A stretch of DNA of 63,938 nt, filler included, from Octopus bimaculoides (Eukaryota): NCBI RefSeq assembly GCF_001194135.2. It is 6 parts of 6 records of this genome, joined end to end, with 100 filler letters (N's around TTAATTAATTAA, not from the genome) between each part and the next. Parts side by side here need not be neighbours in the genome. Positions count along the whole stretch, not along the records: positions 1 to 30,010 come from NC_068983.1; positions 30,111 to 44,078 come from NC_068987.1; 4 more parts are not named here. The stretch is one strand, 5' to 3'. Both the position numbers and the translations under genes were made by a program. Positions 26,816-39,037 of the stretch are shown in pieces (position 1 is the stretch's first letter; the number at the start of each line of letters is the position of its first letter). The notes beneath the pieces are model-generated. The model saw nothing but the letters and a program-made list of their open reading frames with translations, was not told the DNA's origin and searched no databases.

Positions 26816-27589
26816 AGAGCTAAAGTCTGCAGAGTGAATGAAACCACTTGGCACAGATTGAACTTGAACTCTGCTCCACATGCACACTAGGTTATAATAT
26901 TTCCATCCACTTCTATTGTTTATAGAATTGCTTGAAAGTGTAACACCCATGCTTGGGGAGACACCTCAAGCTAAGAGTGTTGAAGGTGGCTGAGCAAAAT
27001 GGACCTCCACTTTTGCCAGGGACATTTGTGCAGACATCTCCAGGCTCTTCGACAGACCAAACTAAGCGCTCACACAATATCTCACAAGTAACTTGTTTTG
27101 ACGCAGTGCGGGTTTTTCCACCTCCCCGCAGAATGTAATTATTGCTGTTTGTATTTGTAAAAGACCAATGTAGGAAACACTATGTGCTGTACTAAAGTAT
27201 TCTGCTAATTGCTCAGGAATGTTGTTCGTTAATTCTTCACACAACCTGAAAAATACATTTCCATTCACCAACTCCACAGCTGCCATAATAGCATTTTACG
27301 AAACGCCCAACACACTCATGACAGCTTTATTGCACCTCTAACTGTCCATATTACATTATGTTCTATTACCATGGGTATTTATTAAGTTACGATTTCATTA
27401 TTTTATTTGTGTTTATGTTGGGAATTCTTTCTTTCGTTTGTCTGCTATCGTCATTTTCAGTTTCTTGCCAATAAATAAGAATTATATCTACTGCTATGAG
27501 ACATTTTATATTTTTTGCCATATTTCCACACCTCCAAAGAAAGAAAGAAAGACAGCATATTTTGTAAATTCTTTATTTCTATTCCTTAG

Positions 27590-27750
27590 ATGTCCCTGGC
27601 CTACTGCTTGATGAGAAACTTCGCATAATTCCAACACTAGCCACTGTCGATAATGGTCTAGAGATTAAGTGCGGCATTAAAGGCTCTTCGGAAATAGTTT
27701 GGCGTCGAAATAATATTGATCTTCATAAAATCCACAATCCAGAAATCATG
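27590..27750 (+). CDS. FSTL5: Next exon of the FSTL4/5-like gene: first half of Ig domain 1, (N)VPGLLLDEKLRIIPTLATVDNGLEIKCGIKGSSEIVWRRNNIDLHKIHNPEIM
   Basis: Acceptor ttctattccttag| and donor |gtaagt; 161 nt, phase 1 to phase 0, compatible with the EF-hand exon. Has the Ig B-strand Cys and C-strand Trp. Resembles FSTL5 as recalled (...AATVGQSAVLSCAIQG...IIWKRNNIIL). Confidence 0.82.
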
Positions 27751-28229
27751 GTAAGTTGGCCGAGATTTATTATTGGTAGATGGAACCAAAGAAACCATAA
27801 TAGAAGATCCTTCACATTGAAGAAATAGTTCAAGAGAAAACATAAAACATCTTTGACAGATGCATCTTAAGAAAAGCATGTTGTAGATGCAGAATGGTTA
27901 AAAGTTATCTTAGATAAGCTCTTAGAATACATTTACTGGAAAACTGAAACAGCGCCAGTGCCAAAGAAAATATATATTGTGTCATATGAATAATCATTGA
28001 CTGCTGCGGAGTGTGATAAATTGGTGGAGAGACAGAGATACATTGCATTTCACATAATTCAAACACTAGAGTCAAACTGCAAAGGGATAGAGTTTCATCA
28101 CTTCTAATGGGAGTGTCATATTTCACAAGATAGATTATTCCTTATAAACTATACATACATATATTTATATATACATACATACATACACGCACACACACAT
28201 ACACACATATAAATATATATAAGATGATG

Positions 28230-28262
<33 letters not shown>

Positions 28263-29134
28263 NNNNNNNNNNNNNNNNNNNNNNNNNNNNNNNNNNNNNN
28301 NNNNNNNNNNNNNNNNNNNNNNNNNNNNNNNNNNNNNNNNNNNNNNNNNNNNNNNNNNNNNNNNNNNNNNNNNNNNNNNNNNNNNNNNNNNNNNNNNNNN
28401 NNNNNNNNNNNNNNNNNNNNNNNNNNNNNNNNNNNNNNNNNNNNNNNNNNNNNNNNNNNNNNNNNNNNNNNNNNNNNNNNNNNNNNNNNNNNNNNNNNNN
28501 NNNNNNNNNNNNNNNNNNNNNNNNNNNNNNNNNNNNNNNNNNNNNNNNNNNNNNNNNNNNNNNNNNNNNNNNNNNNNNNNNNNNNNNNNNNNNNNNNNNN
28601 NNNNNNNNNNNNNNNNNNNNNNNNNNNNNNNNNNNNNNNNNNNNNNNNNNNNNNNNNNNNNNNNNNNNNNNNNNNNNNNNNNNNNNNNNNNNNNNNNNNN
28701 NNNNNNNNNNNNNNNNNNNNNNNNNNNNNNNNNNNNNNNNNNNNNNNNNNNNNNNNNNNNNNNNNNNNNNNNNNNNNNNNNNNNNNNNNNNNNNNNNNNN
28801 NNNNNNNNNNNNNNNNNNNNNNNNNNNNNNNNNNNNNNNNNNNNNNNNNNNNNNNNNNNNNNNNNNNNNNNNNNNNNNNNNNNNNNNNNNNNNNNNNNNN
28901 NNNNNNNNNNNNNNNNNNNNNNNNNNNNNNNNNNNNNNNNNNNNNNNNNNNNNNNNNNNNNNNNNNNNNNNNNNNNNNNNNNNNNNNNNNNNNNNNNNNN
29001 NNNNNNNNNNNNNNNNNNNNNNNNNNNNNNNNNNNNNNNNNNNNNNNNNNNNNNNNNNNNNNNNNNNNNNNNNNNNNNNNNNNNNNNNNNNNNNNNNNNN
29101 NNNNNNNATATATATATATATATACAGTTATATG

Positions 29135-29243
29135 ACGGGCTTTCAGTTTCCATCTACCAAATCCACTCACAAGGCTATGGTTTGCCTAAGGCTATAGTAG
29201 AAGACACTTGCCCAAGGTGCTACGCAGTGGGACTGAACCTGCG

Positions 29244-29245
<2 letters not shown>
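29135..29245 (-). mobile_element. SINE family C (partial)
   Basis: Reverse-complement match. Confidence 0.8.
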
Positions 29246-29281
<36 letters not shown>

Positions 29282-29675
29282 TAAATGTGTAGAGGTAACA
29301 TATGAGTAAGTACATATTTATGAAAAAGAAGAATGAAAATGCTACTTTCTTAAAACTGAGTATGTTTAAGTTTTCCTTTTTATAAATACATTAAAAGAAG
29401 AGTGTTTTGGTTTTGTTTTACTTATATACCAAGATCTCACAAGAGTAAAAAGGAGAGACAGAGACAGACAGAAAAAAGGAAAATGTCCCTTGCGTTTGAA
29501 AACTATGGAAATATTTTTAAAAAACATTTCCTTTAATTTTTCCACAATTTAATTGCTTCTTATGCTTTACTCTAAGTAGAAAATGTCGCAGACTGAAACC
29601 AGTACTAAAATGTTCTTCATTATAAGATTAATTTAGCATTTTCTACCTTGTCTTATTTTCTTAATATATATATAA

Positions 29676-29832
29676 GGAGGAGTGACTGTCTGGTAAGTAG
29701 CTTGCTTACCAACCACAGGGTTCCGGGTTCAGTCCCACTACTGTGGCACCTTGGGCAAGTGTCTTCTATTATAGCCTTGGGCTGACCAAAGCTTTGTGAG
29801 TGGATTTGGTAGATGGAAACTGAAAGAAGCCC
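29676..29832 (+). mobile_element. tRNA/CORE-like SINE family C
   Basis: GGTTCCGGGTTCAGTCCCAC...CCTTGGGCAAGTGTCTTCTATTATAGCC...GGATTTGGTAGATGGAAACTGAAAGAAGCC. Confidence 0.85.
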
Positions 29833-30010
29833 ATCATCATCATCGTTTAACGTCCGCTTTCCATGCTAGCATGGGTTGGACGATTTGACTGAGGACTGGT
29901 GAAACCGGATAGCAACACCAGGCTCCAGTCTAATTTGGCAGAGTTTCTACAGCTGGATGCCCTTCCTAACGCCAACCACTCAGAGAGTGTAGTGGGTGCT
30001 TTTACGTGTC
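29833..30010 (-). mobile_element. Retroposon family D (partial), abutting a family C SINE
   Basis: Same 3' end; runs into a linker gap. Confidence 0.85.
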
Positions 30011-30110
30011 NNNNNNNNNNNNNNNNNNNNNNNNNNNNNNNNNNNNNNNNNNNNTTAATTAATTAANNNNNNNNNNNNNNNNNNNNNNNNNNNNNNNNNN
30101 NNNNNNNNNN
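30011..30110. other. Artificial scaffold join (44 N + TTAATTAATTAA + 44 N); same at 44079-44178, 46755-46854, 54611-54710 and 61526-61625
   Basis: Identical 100-nt structure five times; TTAATTAATTAA gives stops in all six frames. Confidence 0.95.
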
Positions 30111-30329
30111 TATATATATATATATATATATGTATAATATATATATGTATATATGTGTATATATATGTCATAAACGTTTTACTCTGACGGTGTAGTAGAC
30201 TTGTGTATGAACCATACACAAGAATATGTGCAAGAGAGCTTGATTATAACCAAGAACAACTCCACATTGAAATTGAAGTCCTCCAACAAAATCTAACAGA
30301 CATAGGACCAGCGTTAAGTCTGCAATGCA

Positions 30330-32075
30330 GTTAAAGAGATGTGTCTGCATTGCAACTATGACAATAGTAAAATCATGTGCTTGGATGCTCCTGGCCGCAC
30401 AGGAAAGAACTTTGTAGTCAACACAGTTCTTAAATATGTTCGCTCAATGGGCAAAATTGCTCTAGCTATAGCATTCTCGAATATCACAACGTCACAGCTT
30501 CATGGAGGGCAAACACTTATCTACGAGACCAACCAATATGTAACGTAAAATGTCGTTTAAACTAGAGCTAGACAATGAAGGATACAGCTTTTATAGTTGT
30601 TGATGAAGCACCATTGACGAACAAGTTAGTTTATGAAGAAATGGACCGCACTTTTTTTATTACATATTGAGTATTATTGAGAAACTATCTAAAGTCTCCA
30701 CAGGGATGTGTGGGGATAGATTCTTCCAGTGGTAGAAGGTGGAACAAAAACGGTAGCGAGCTGGCAGAAACGTTAGCACACCAGGCAAAATGCTTAGCGG
30801 TATTTCGTCTGCCGCTACGTTCTGAGTTCAAATTCCACCGAGGTCGACTTTGCCTTTCATCCTTTCGGGGTCGATTAAATAAGTACCAGTTACGCACTGG
30901 GGTCGATATAATCGATTTATCCGTTTGTCTGTCCTTGTTTCTCCCCTCTGTGAGTAGCCCTTTGTGGGCAGTAAAGAAACAAGAAGGTGGAACAAGATCC
31001 GATATCATCTGTGCAAACCTGAAAACGTCTTATTTACGGTATAACGTTATTATCAAACAATTGACCATTTCACCTATCATTTGAAGACAGTGCTGTAAAC
31101 TTTGCGAAGCTATCACTAGAAATTGATGATGGATAGTTCTCCGCTGCGAGAAAATCTGACATTATATTAATATTCCCCCTTAGTATCTTGACCCTGATTT
31201 ATGTTGTAAAAGGTTGATAGTTGCAATAGAGACATTAGTCTCTCTCTATCACCTTTCAACATAATTATATATGAAGAAACAGTAGAACAATTAACAACAT
31301 AATAAAAATAAGTTTTATTTTTTTGGATGATGCTCGGTTTTACAAATCCCGTGTCATTCAGCTTAGCAGCCGCTGATTAAGTTGTAATTGGTATTGGAAG
31401 GGTAAGAGCTTCCTTGATGCATGCCAGAGGAGCAAGTAGCTATCACATCGAAGGCATCGTGGTGAAGAGTGCTTCGTTGAGGTGTTGTCACGTCGAAGGT
31501 GTCGCGCTCAAGAGGCTTAGAAAGTGAAACAAACTCTTTAAGTACTAGTTTTACTACGCAAGCGCACTCGAGGGGCTTCCGGAAAGGCAAGTCCCTTGTG
31601 CATGTGCAGATAGTACTTCCTCAATGGCGGCTATAATTTCGCACCACTACAATGTTATGCAGAAATGCATCAATCCGATAAAGTCCCTTGTTAGACCATA
31701 TGTTCTGTCTGGTTATTTGGAGCCTTGATAATTAATTCTTCGGAACTCCCAGTTTTGGAAACTGTAACATATTGCTCATCAAGGAAGTAGAGAATTGAGA
31801 GGTTCAAATCGATTGATTTAAAGATCTGGGTCTTTCCGTGCATTGCCACCAATAGAATCAGGTCTGAGTGGCTGGGCAAAAAAGCAGTATTGTCTCCTTT
31901 AAACATCACTGTCAGCTCGACAATTATCTGTTGGAAGAACTTACAGGCAAATAGAGAACCTACCAACCCGTAGATACTGTTGCCAGGGATAAAGATGCTG
32001 TAACCTATCCAGTAGAGCCCATAAACTCAAATGAGTTTTCAGGAAAACCATTTCACATCTTGAAATTTAAGTTTA
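30330..32075 (+). mobile_element. Decayed Helitron PIF1-helicase remnant, interrupted by a SINE and other inserts
   Basis: CLDAPGRTGKNFVVNTVLKYVRSMGKIALAIA (Walker A), IVVDEAP, ILPVVEGGT/RSDIICANLKTS, WLGKKAVLSPLN, YQPVDTV...AVTYPVE...PFHILKFK, with stops and frameshifts. Confidence 0.8.
30748..30981 (+). mobile_element. SINE family A inserted into the Helitron remnant
   Basis: A and B boxes; 14-bp TSD AGAAGGTGGAACAA at 30734-30747 and 30982-30995. Confidence 0.92.
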
Positions 32076-32189
32076 TGGTCTCCGTCTTGATTCTGACGCA
32101 TATGAACACTCAGAAAATAGGGAATGGAACTCGGTGCGTCGTATCTCGGTTCCATGCTAATGTTATTGATACTATTATTTCCAGAAGTA

Positions 32190-32400
32190 AGGCGGCGAGC
32201 TGGAAGAATCGTTGGCACTCCGGGCAAAATGCTTCACGACATTTCGTCCATCTTTACGTTCAAATTCCACCAACGTCGGTTTTGCCTTTCATCCTTTCGG
32301 GGTCGATGAGATAACTACCAATTGAGCACTGGGCTGGATATAATCGATTTGCTCCCTCCCCTCAAATTTCATGCCTTGTGCCTATAGTAGAAAGGATTAT
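32190..32400 (+). mobile_element. SINE family A
   Basis: GGCGAGCTGGAAGAATCGTTGGCAC...GGGGTCGAT...GTAGAAAGGATTAT. Confidence 0.85.
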
Positions 32401-33331
32401 TTTTCACCAGTCCCTACAAAACTGTTATAGTCCCCTTACCAAGATTTTTTTTCATTGGCACCTTCGGACATTGAGATCCACATCAAATTTAGCTGTCCCC
32501 ATTTTCCATGCAAACCATGTTTTGCTATGACTATAAAGAAAGCACAAGAAAAATAAAATAAAAAATAAATGCGCCCTTTTAAAGCCTAGCCAGACCCAGG
32601 GACTTGGTTTCCCAGTTTCAATGGCGTATGTGTTCCCCAGCTGGGGGAAATAGCTAATAAAAGAAGCAAATGGAAGTAAGTCAACTTACTTCTCCACTGA
32701 ATTACACCACATACGAAAATTTCAGTTTAGGATAGTTTTATTAAGGGATTATTGTGATGGCTTTGTCTCATCTTTAATCAGTGTATGAACAATTACCGTC
32801 ATTGAGTTTTGTATTAGTAGATCACCGTCGATTTTTTTTAATTCCGCCGACGAGGATTAACTCTGGATTGATCCTCCTTCCTCGTATAATTCGTAAATTT
32901 GGAAGGTTTACATTTGCGATACTATCCCTTTATTTCCCAACGTAGGTGGGCAGATTCTTGAAGAATCCGCTCACGCATTCATAGCAAACAAGGCACAGGA
33001 GCAGACTTTAGATCGGCCAGTTATACATCGCTATGAGTCGAGCAACGGACTCCAGTAATTTGAAAACTAGTGTCGACGAAACAAAAAATATCATCTACAA
33101 AGACAATTTTGTAATCATATTGATTCTATCGAAAGGAATATGATTCATAATTTAAGTAAGGAAATTTGTGAACTTGGACTATATAAGAGTATAAACAAGC
33201 GTAAAATAGTGTAAACTACTAAAATGAAGGTATACCTGAATAACATTTTTTTTTCTTAATCCGTAACTTAGCAGATCGGCAAAATGTATTATGTATGTAT
33301 GTGTGTATGTATGTATATTTATATATATATG

Positions 33332-33369
<38 letters not shown>

Positions 33370-34230
33370 NNNNNNNNNNNNNNNNNNNNNNNNNNNNNNN
33401 NNNNNNNNNNNNNNNNNNNNNNNNNNNNNNNNNNNNNNNNNNNNNNNNNNNNNNNNNNNNNNNNNNNNNNNNNNNNNNNNNNNNNNNNNNNNNNNNNNNN
33501 NNNNNNNNNNNNNNNNNNNNNNNNNNNNNNNNNNNNNNNNNNNNNNNNNNNNNNNNNNNNNNNNNNNNNNNNNNNNNNNNNNNNNNNNNNNNNNNNNNNN
33601 NNNNNNNNNNNNNNNNNNNNNNNNNNNNNNNNNNNNNNNNNNNNNNNNNNNNNNNNNNNNNNNNNNNNNNNNNNNNNNNNNNNNNNNNNNNNNNNNNNNN
33701 NNNNNNNNNNNNNNNNNNNNNNNNNNNNNNNNNNNNNNNNNNNNNNNNNNNNNNNNNNNNNNNNNNNNNNNNNNNNNNNNNNNNNNNNNNNNNNNNNNNN
33801 NNNNNNNNNNNNNNNNNNNNNNNNNNNNNNNNNNNNNNNNNNNNNNNNNNNNNNNNNNNNNNNNNNNNNNNNNNNNNNNNNNNNNNNNNNNNNNNNNNNN
33901 NNNNNNNNNNNNNNNNNNNNNNNNNNNNNNNNNNNNNNNNNNNNNNNNNNNNNNNNNNNNNNNNNNNNNNNNNNNNNNNNNNNNNNNNNNNNNNNNNNNN
34001 NNNNNNNNNNNNNNNNNNNNNNNNNNNNNNNNNNNNNNNNNNNNNNNNNNNNNNNNNNNNNNNNNNNNNNNNNNNNNNNNNNNNNNNNNNNNNNNNNNNN
34101 NNNNNNNNNNNNNNNNNNNNNNNNNNNNNNNNNATATATGTGTGTGTGTATATATATATATATGATATATATATGTATATATATATATATGTATATATAT
34201 ATGTGTGTGTATATATATATATATGATATA

Positions 34231-34261
<31 letters not shown>

Positions 34262-35620
34262 GATATATATGTGTACATGTATATACGTATGGGTGTAGGT
34301 AGATAGGTCAAACAAAGACAGGGATTTATGGTATTGTTTTTAATTTTTGTCATAGTTTCCAGTCTTTGTTTTAATACATAATTGTATGTATAGTTTTCTC
34401 ATGAAAAATAAAACATCTGCATCCATACAGGCGATAGCCGGAATACGCAGTTGTGCTTCATGAAGGTAAAGCTAGGATTATAACACTGTATTTACGCCAC
34501 GCTTGTGGTTCCATTTATCGTTGGATACTTTTGAATAATATTAGAATTGTGGACTACCAAACAACTGTGAACTTCCTTTCATCGATGAATTCTGTGCTAT
34601 GATAATGGATTACTTAACTGTCTGCTTTGCGTCATTCTGTCTGGCTAGTTTGTGATGTATTTCACTTTCATATGCTTCTATCCTTTGTGGAACCCTATAT
34701 TCAAAGCCCTATCCTCTCTCTCTCTCTCTCTCTCTNNNNNNNNNNNNNNNNNNNNNNNNNNNNNNNNNNNNNNNNNNNNNNNNNNNNNNNNNNNNNNNNN
34801 NNNNNNNNNNNNNNNNNNNNNNNNNNNNNNNNNNNNNNNNNNNNNNNNNNNNNNNNNNNNNNNNNNNNNNNNNNNNNNNNNNNNNNNNNNNNNNNNNNNN
34901 NNNNNNNNNNNNNNNNNNNNNNNNNNNNNNNNNNNNNNNNNNNNNNNNNNNNNNNNNNNNNNNNNNNNNNNNNNNNNNNNNNNNNNNNNNNNNNNNNNNN
35001 NNNNNNNNNNNNNNNNNNNNNNNNNNNNNNNNNNNNNNNNNNNNNNNNNNNNNNNNNNNNNNNNNNNNNNNNNNNNNNNNNNNNNNNNNNNNNNNNNNNN
35101 NNNNNNNNNNNNNNNNNNNNNNNNNNNNNNNNNNNNNNNNNNNNNNNNNNNNNNNNNNNNNNNNNNNNNNNNNNNNNNNNNNNNNNNNNNNNNNNNNNNN
35201 NNNNNNNNNNNNNNNNNNNNNNNNNNNNNNNNNNNNNNNNNNNNNNNNNNNNNNNNNNNNNNNNNNNNNNNNNNNNNNNNNNNNNNNNNNNNNNNNNNNN
35301 NNNNNNNNNNNNNNNNNNNNNNNNNNNNNNNNNNNNNNNNNNNNNNNNNNNNNNNNNNNNNNNNNNNNNNNNNNNNNNNNNNNNNNNNNNNNNNNNNNNN
35401 NNNNNNNNNNNNNNNNNNNNNNNNNNNNNNNNNNNNNNNNNNNNNNNNNNNNNNNNNNNNNNNNNNNNNNNNNNNNNNNNNNNNNNNNNNNNNNNNNNNN
35501 NNNNNNNNNNNNNNNNNNNNNNNNNNNNNNNNNNNNNNNNNNNNNNNNNNNNNNNNNNNNNNNNNNNNNNNNNNNNNNNNNNNNNNNNNNNNNNNNNNNN
35601 NNNNNNNNNNNNNNNNNNNN

Positions 35621-35808
35621 AATGGACGTCAGTGATTGGTTGAAATTACAGAAATACGACAACTTTAACATGGAATAACTTATGGATTTCTTTTTTTTTT
35701 AAAGAAGACTAAGAGAAAAAGATGTTTTATATGACACATTCTACCAGTGTTCCAAGTTTCAAAGTGTTTCGTTTATGAAAAATGTGGCCCCCGTTTTAAA
35801 AAAGATCC
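35621..35808. mobile_element. Third, partial copy of the Merlin-type MITE in opposite orientation
   Basis: Reverse complement of the left part of 38434-38896, ending ...CCCCCGTTTTAAAAAAGATCC; the other end is in a gap. Confidence 0.75.
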
Positions 35809-35985
35809 TAAATTTTTTCGCAAATTATAGTGTGGCTTACAATGTGTTTCAATTGAACTGAATTAATTTTTTTTTTTTTTTTTTAAGTTTCCCCTATATA
35901 TGTATACTCCGGTGAAAGCAACTCGTAAATAAACGAAACCCTTGAATCCATCACTGTTCACACACACACACACACACACAGTCGC

Positions 35986-36016
<31 letters not shown>

Positions 36017-36345
36017 TGTACCCACATGTGTCTACGCGCATAGGTACACCATGACCTATACCCACACAGACGAGGTTCGATTCATTTGAAAAAGAAAGTG
36101 AACGAAAATATTGCATAGAATTTAAGTGTTTTCACCGTCGTTCAATGATAGCAGGTGAATGAAACGTACTGTAGCTCGTTGTAGATTATAAATAATATGA
36201 CCACTTGCTTTATCGGGAAATTTGTAAATTCGATTTCCTTTTAAGTTTTTTATTTTGAAGTATCGCCATTATAGGTATTTCTGGTGAAATTAAGAAATCA
36301 ACTCGTAAATAAACGAAACCCTCGAAGCCATTATTGTACGCGCAT

Positions 36346-36431
<86 letters not shown>

Positions 36432-36477
36432 TTACACACTGAGTCACATATCTATGAATGTATTTATGTATGCTTGA

Positions 36478-36642
36478 AGATAATCAAACTAAACTTTCAT
36501 TATTTCGAGCCACTCACCCAGTGAATATTTTGGCCAAATTTGGTGAAAATCCGTTCAACCGTTTTCCAGTAATTTTGTAAACACAGACAAACAAAGATGG
36601 CTGATTACAATATCCTGCTTTCGCTTACGCGCGCAGAGTAAG
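36478..36642 (+). mobile_element. 3' part of a non-autonomous Helentron-like (DINE-type) element
   Basis: CCAAATTTGGTGAAAATCCGTTC...ACAGACAAACAAA...CAATAT followed by a GC-rich terminal hairpin-like stretch. Confidence 0.45.
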
Positions 36643-36802
36643 AATAGAACAAATTGCGTGAATTGAATGAGGTGAAGAGTTAGAAACCTTCCAGAGGGAG
36701 ACAAAAATAGAGGGAGAAAGAGAGAGAAAGTCAGCTTTGATCCAACAGACATCTGATCAACCATTGTATCCGAGCGTTCTGTTCTACCACGCAATCTTAC
36801 TC

Positions 36803-37022
36803 TGTCATAATCCTTTCTACTATAGGCACAAGGCCTGAAATTTGTGGGGAGGGGACTAGTCGATTAAATTGGCCCAATGCGTAACTGGTACTTAGTTTAT
36901 CGACCCCGAGGGATGAAAGGAAAAATTGACCTCGGCGGAATTTGAACTCAGAACGTAACGGCAGACGAAATCCCGCTGAGCATTTCGCCCGGCGTACTAA
37001 CAATTTTGCCAGCTAGCCCCAC
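36803..37022 (-). mobile_element. SINE family A with imperfect TSD CTTACTCT(G/A)TCATAA
   Basis: Full-length reverse-complement match with a flanking direct repeat. Confidence 0.88.
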
Positions 37023-37072
37023 CTTACCTTACTCTATCATAACAAAAGTAGTAAAGTATTATATCTATGTTT

Positions 37073-37156
<84 letters not shown>

Positions 37157-37199
37157 TATCTATCTATTTATCTCTCTCTCTCTCTATATATATATATAT

Positions 37200-37233
<34 letters not shown>

Positions 37234-37779
37234 CTATCTATCTCTCTCTTTCCCTCTCACTTCTCTTATGGGTGGACGGATATGAAGGCTTCTGTCTGTC
37301 AATTATGACCATGGATCTAGATCCTAGTTGTCTGCACTCGAACAGCCTTGTCTGTGACAAAACAGTCTGACGCGCAAATGGCAAACTCTGCCACACAAGC
37401 CTCACTCGTTAGCTGTCCCGTTGCTATTTGAGTCATAGTGTTCCAGTTCGATCTCCCCAGTAATGGGGTATTCGATTGTATCCAAGCCTATATAGTATGG
37501 TATGGGAGACAGTTTGTTGCTCATGTAGCGTGTCCCTTCTCTCTGCTCTTAAAGGACAGCAAGTTTGTCTCGGCAATTCCAGCATCGTCGCAGGAATTGC
37601 CAGAATGAGATCCGACAACGTCCAACTGCCTCGAGGCTTTGACTCCTGCTTTCTTTCTTCGAGGTTTACTCTCGAAGCCTTCCTCGTAGCTGGATTTCAC
37701 TGCAAGACAGGTTTGGAATCAGAGTTTTCATTCCCCCTGACGGATTGCCCTCACTCTAGCCAAAGACCTCCCTCAGTCC

Positions 37780-37868
<89 letters not shown>

Positions 37869-37969
37869 GGTATGTATGTATATGTGTGTGTGTGTATGTA
37901 TGTGTGTAAAGGTAAGATCCAAGGATCAAGGTGTAACCTTCATTTGATTAAAGTATTTTTGGCCGGGCG

Positions 37970-38260
37970 AGTAGCTAGCTGATAACCCCGCGTTTGGGTA
38001 ACTACTACTTCTGACGTTCTGCTAACTAGGAAACATATGTAGCCTGAGTTTTATCTACTCCATTCCTTAAATTTTATATCTATCTCTATAGATAAAAATT
38101 AAAACATAGGGTAAAAATCAGATATTAATTCATATCGATTTATTACCAGGAAGCTAGCACATTTAAAGAATCAGAGAGATTCAGAAAAAATATCTGAGAT
38201 CTTAGGGGATTAAAGTATATCGTTATATATAAACATATATCTCTGTAGATAAAACAGACA
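37970..38260 (+). mobile_element. Non-autonomous Helitron-like element
   Basis: Starts CTAGCTGATAACCCCGCGTT and ends in (CAGA)n, as in Helitron-derived non-autonomous repeats. Confidence 0.4.
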
Positions 38261-38433
38261 GACAGATATGTGTGTATGTATGTATGTATATGTATGTACA
38301 TGTGTGTGTGTATGTGTGTGTGTGTGTGTGTGTAAATATGTATACGAGAAATTAAATGAATGGCAAGGGAGCAAGAAATTCTGTAATGAACTTTATTAAC
38401 TTACGTCTGTTTCTGCTATTAGGTACAAGGCAC

Positions 38434-38896
38434 GGATCTTTTTTAAAACGGGGGTCACATTTTTCATTAACGAAACACTTTGAAACTTGGAACACTGGTA
38501 GAATGTGTCATATAAAACATCTTTTTCTCTTAGTCTTCTTAAAAAAAAAGAAATCCATAAGTTTTTCTAACCCTAACCCTAACCGTAGGGTTAGGGTTAG
38601 GGTTAGAGCAAATTTAAAATGAAAAAAGCAAATAAAACGAAGGTATGGAGATTAAATACGCTTTACATAGCTTAATCAGCCAAAGGAGTAAATGTAAACA
38701 ACTGAATACTTGTCATTGATTGGTTGAAATTATCGAAATAAGACAATTTTTTACATGAAATAAATTCGAATACAAAAATATTTTTCTGTTCTATAACACA
38801 AAATAGATAAGTATACGAAGTTTGAAAGTCTTTCCGTACCAAAAACACTACGTAAAACATTAATGAAAAATGTGGCCCCCGTTTTAAAATAGATCC
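38434..38896. mobile_element. Merlin-type non-autonomous DNA transposon (MITE), complete copy, with an internal telomeric-repeat hairpin
   Basis: About 40-bp TIRs starting GGATC...AAAACGGGGG. Perfect 8-bp TSD CAAGGCAC at 38426-38433 and 38897-38904. GG termini with an 8-bp TSD fit the Merlin superfamily. Confidence 0.8.
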
Positions 38897-38951
38897 CAAG
38901 GCACTCATAGCTGAATGCTTGAGTATCGGAGTTTCAAAACTGTACGCACGC

Positions 38952-39037
<86 letters not shown>

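Noticed and set aside
32946-33058. + strand acceptor (tttcccaacgtag) as the next FSTL exon
   Set aside because: The required phase-0 frame closes after 12 codons and lacks the expected Ig DGSL...GNYTC motif.
38566-38607. Interstitial telomere or chromosome-fusion scar
   Set aside because: Only about 3 units per arm, lying inside a TIR- and TSD-bounded transposon. It is element-borne, not a fusion site.
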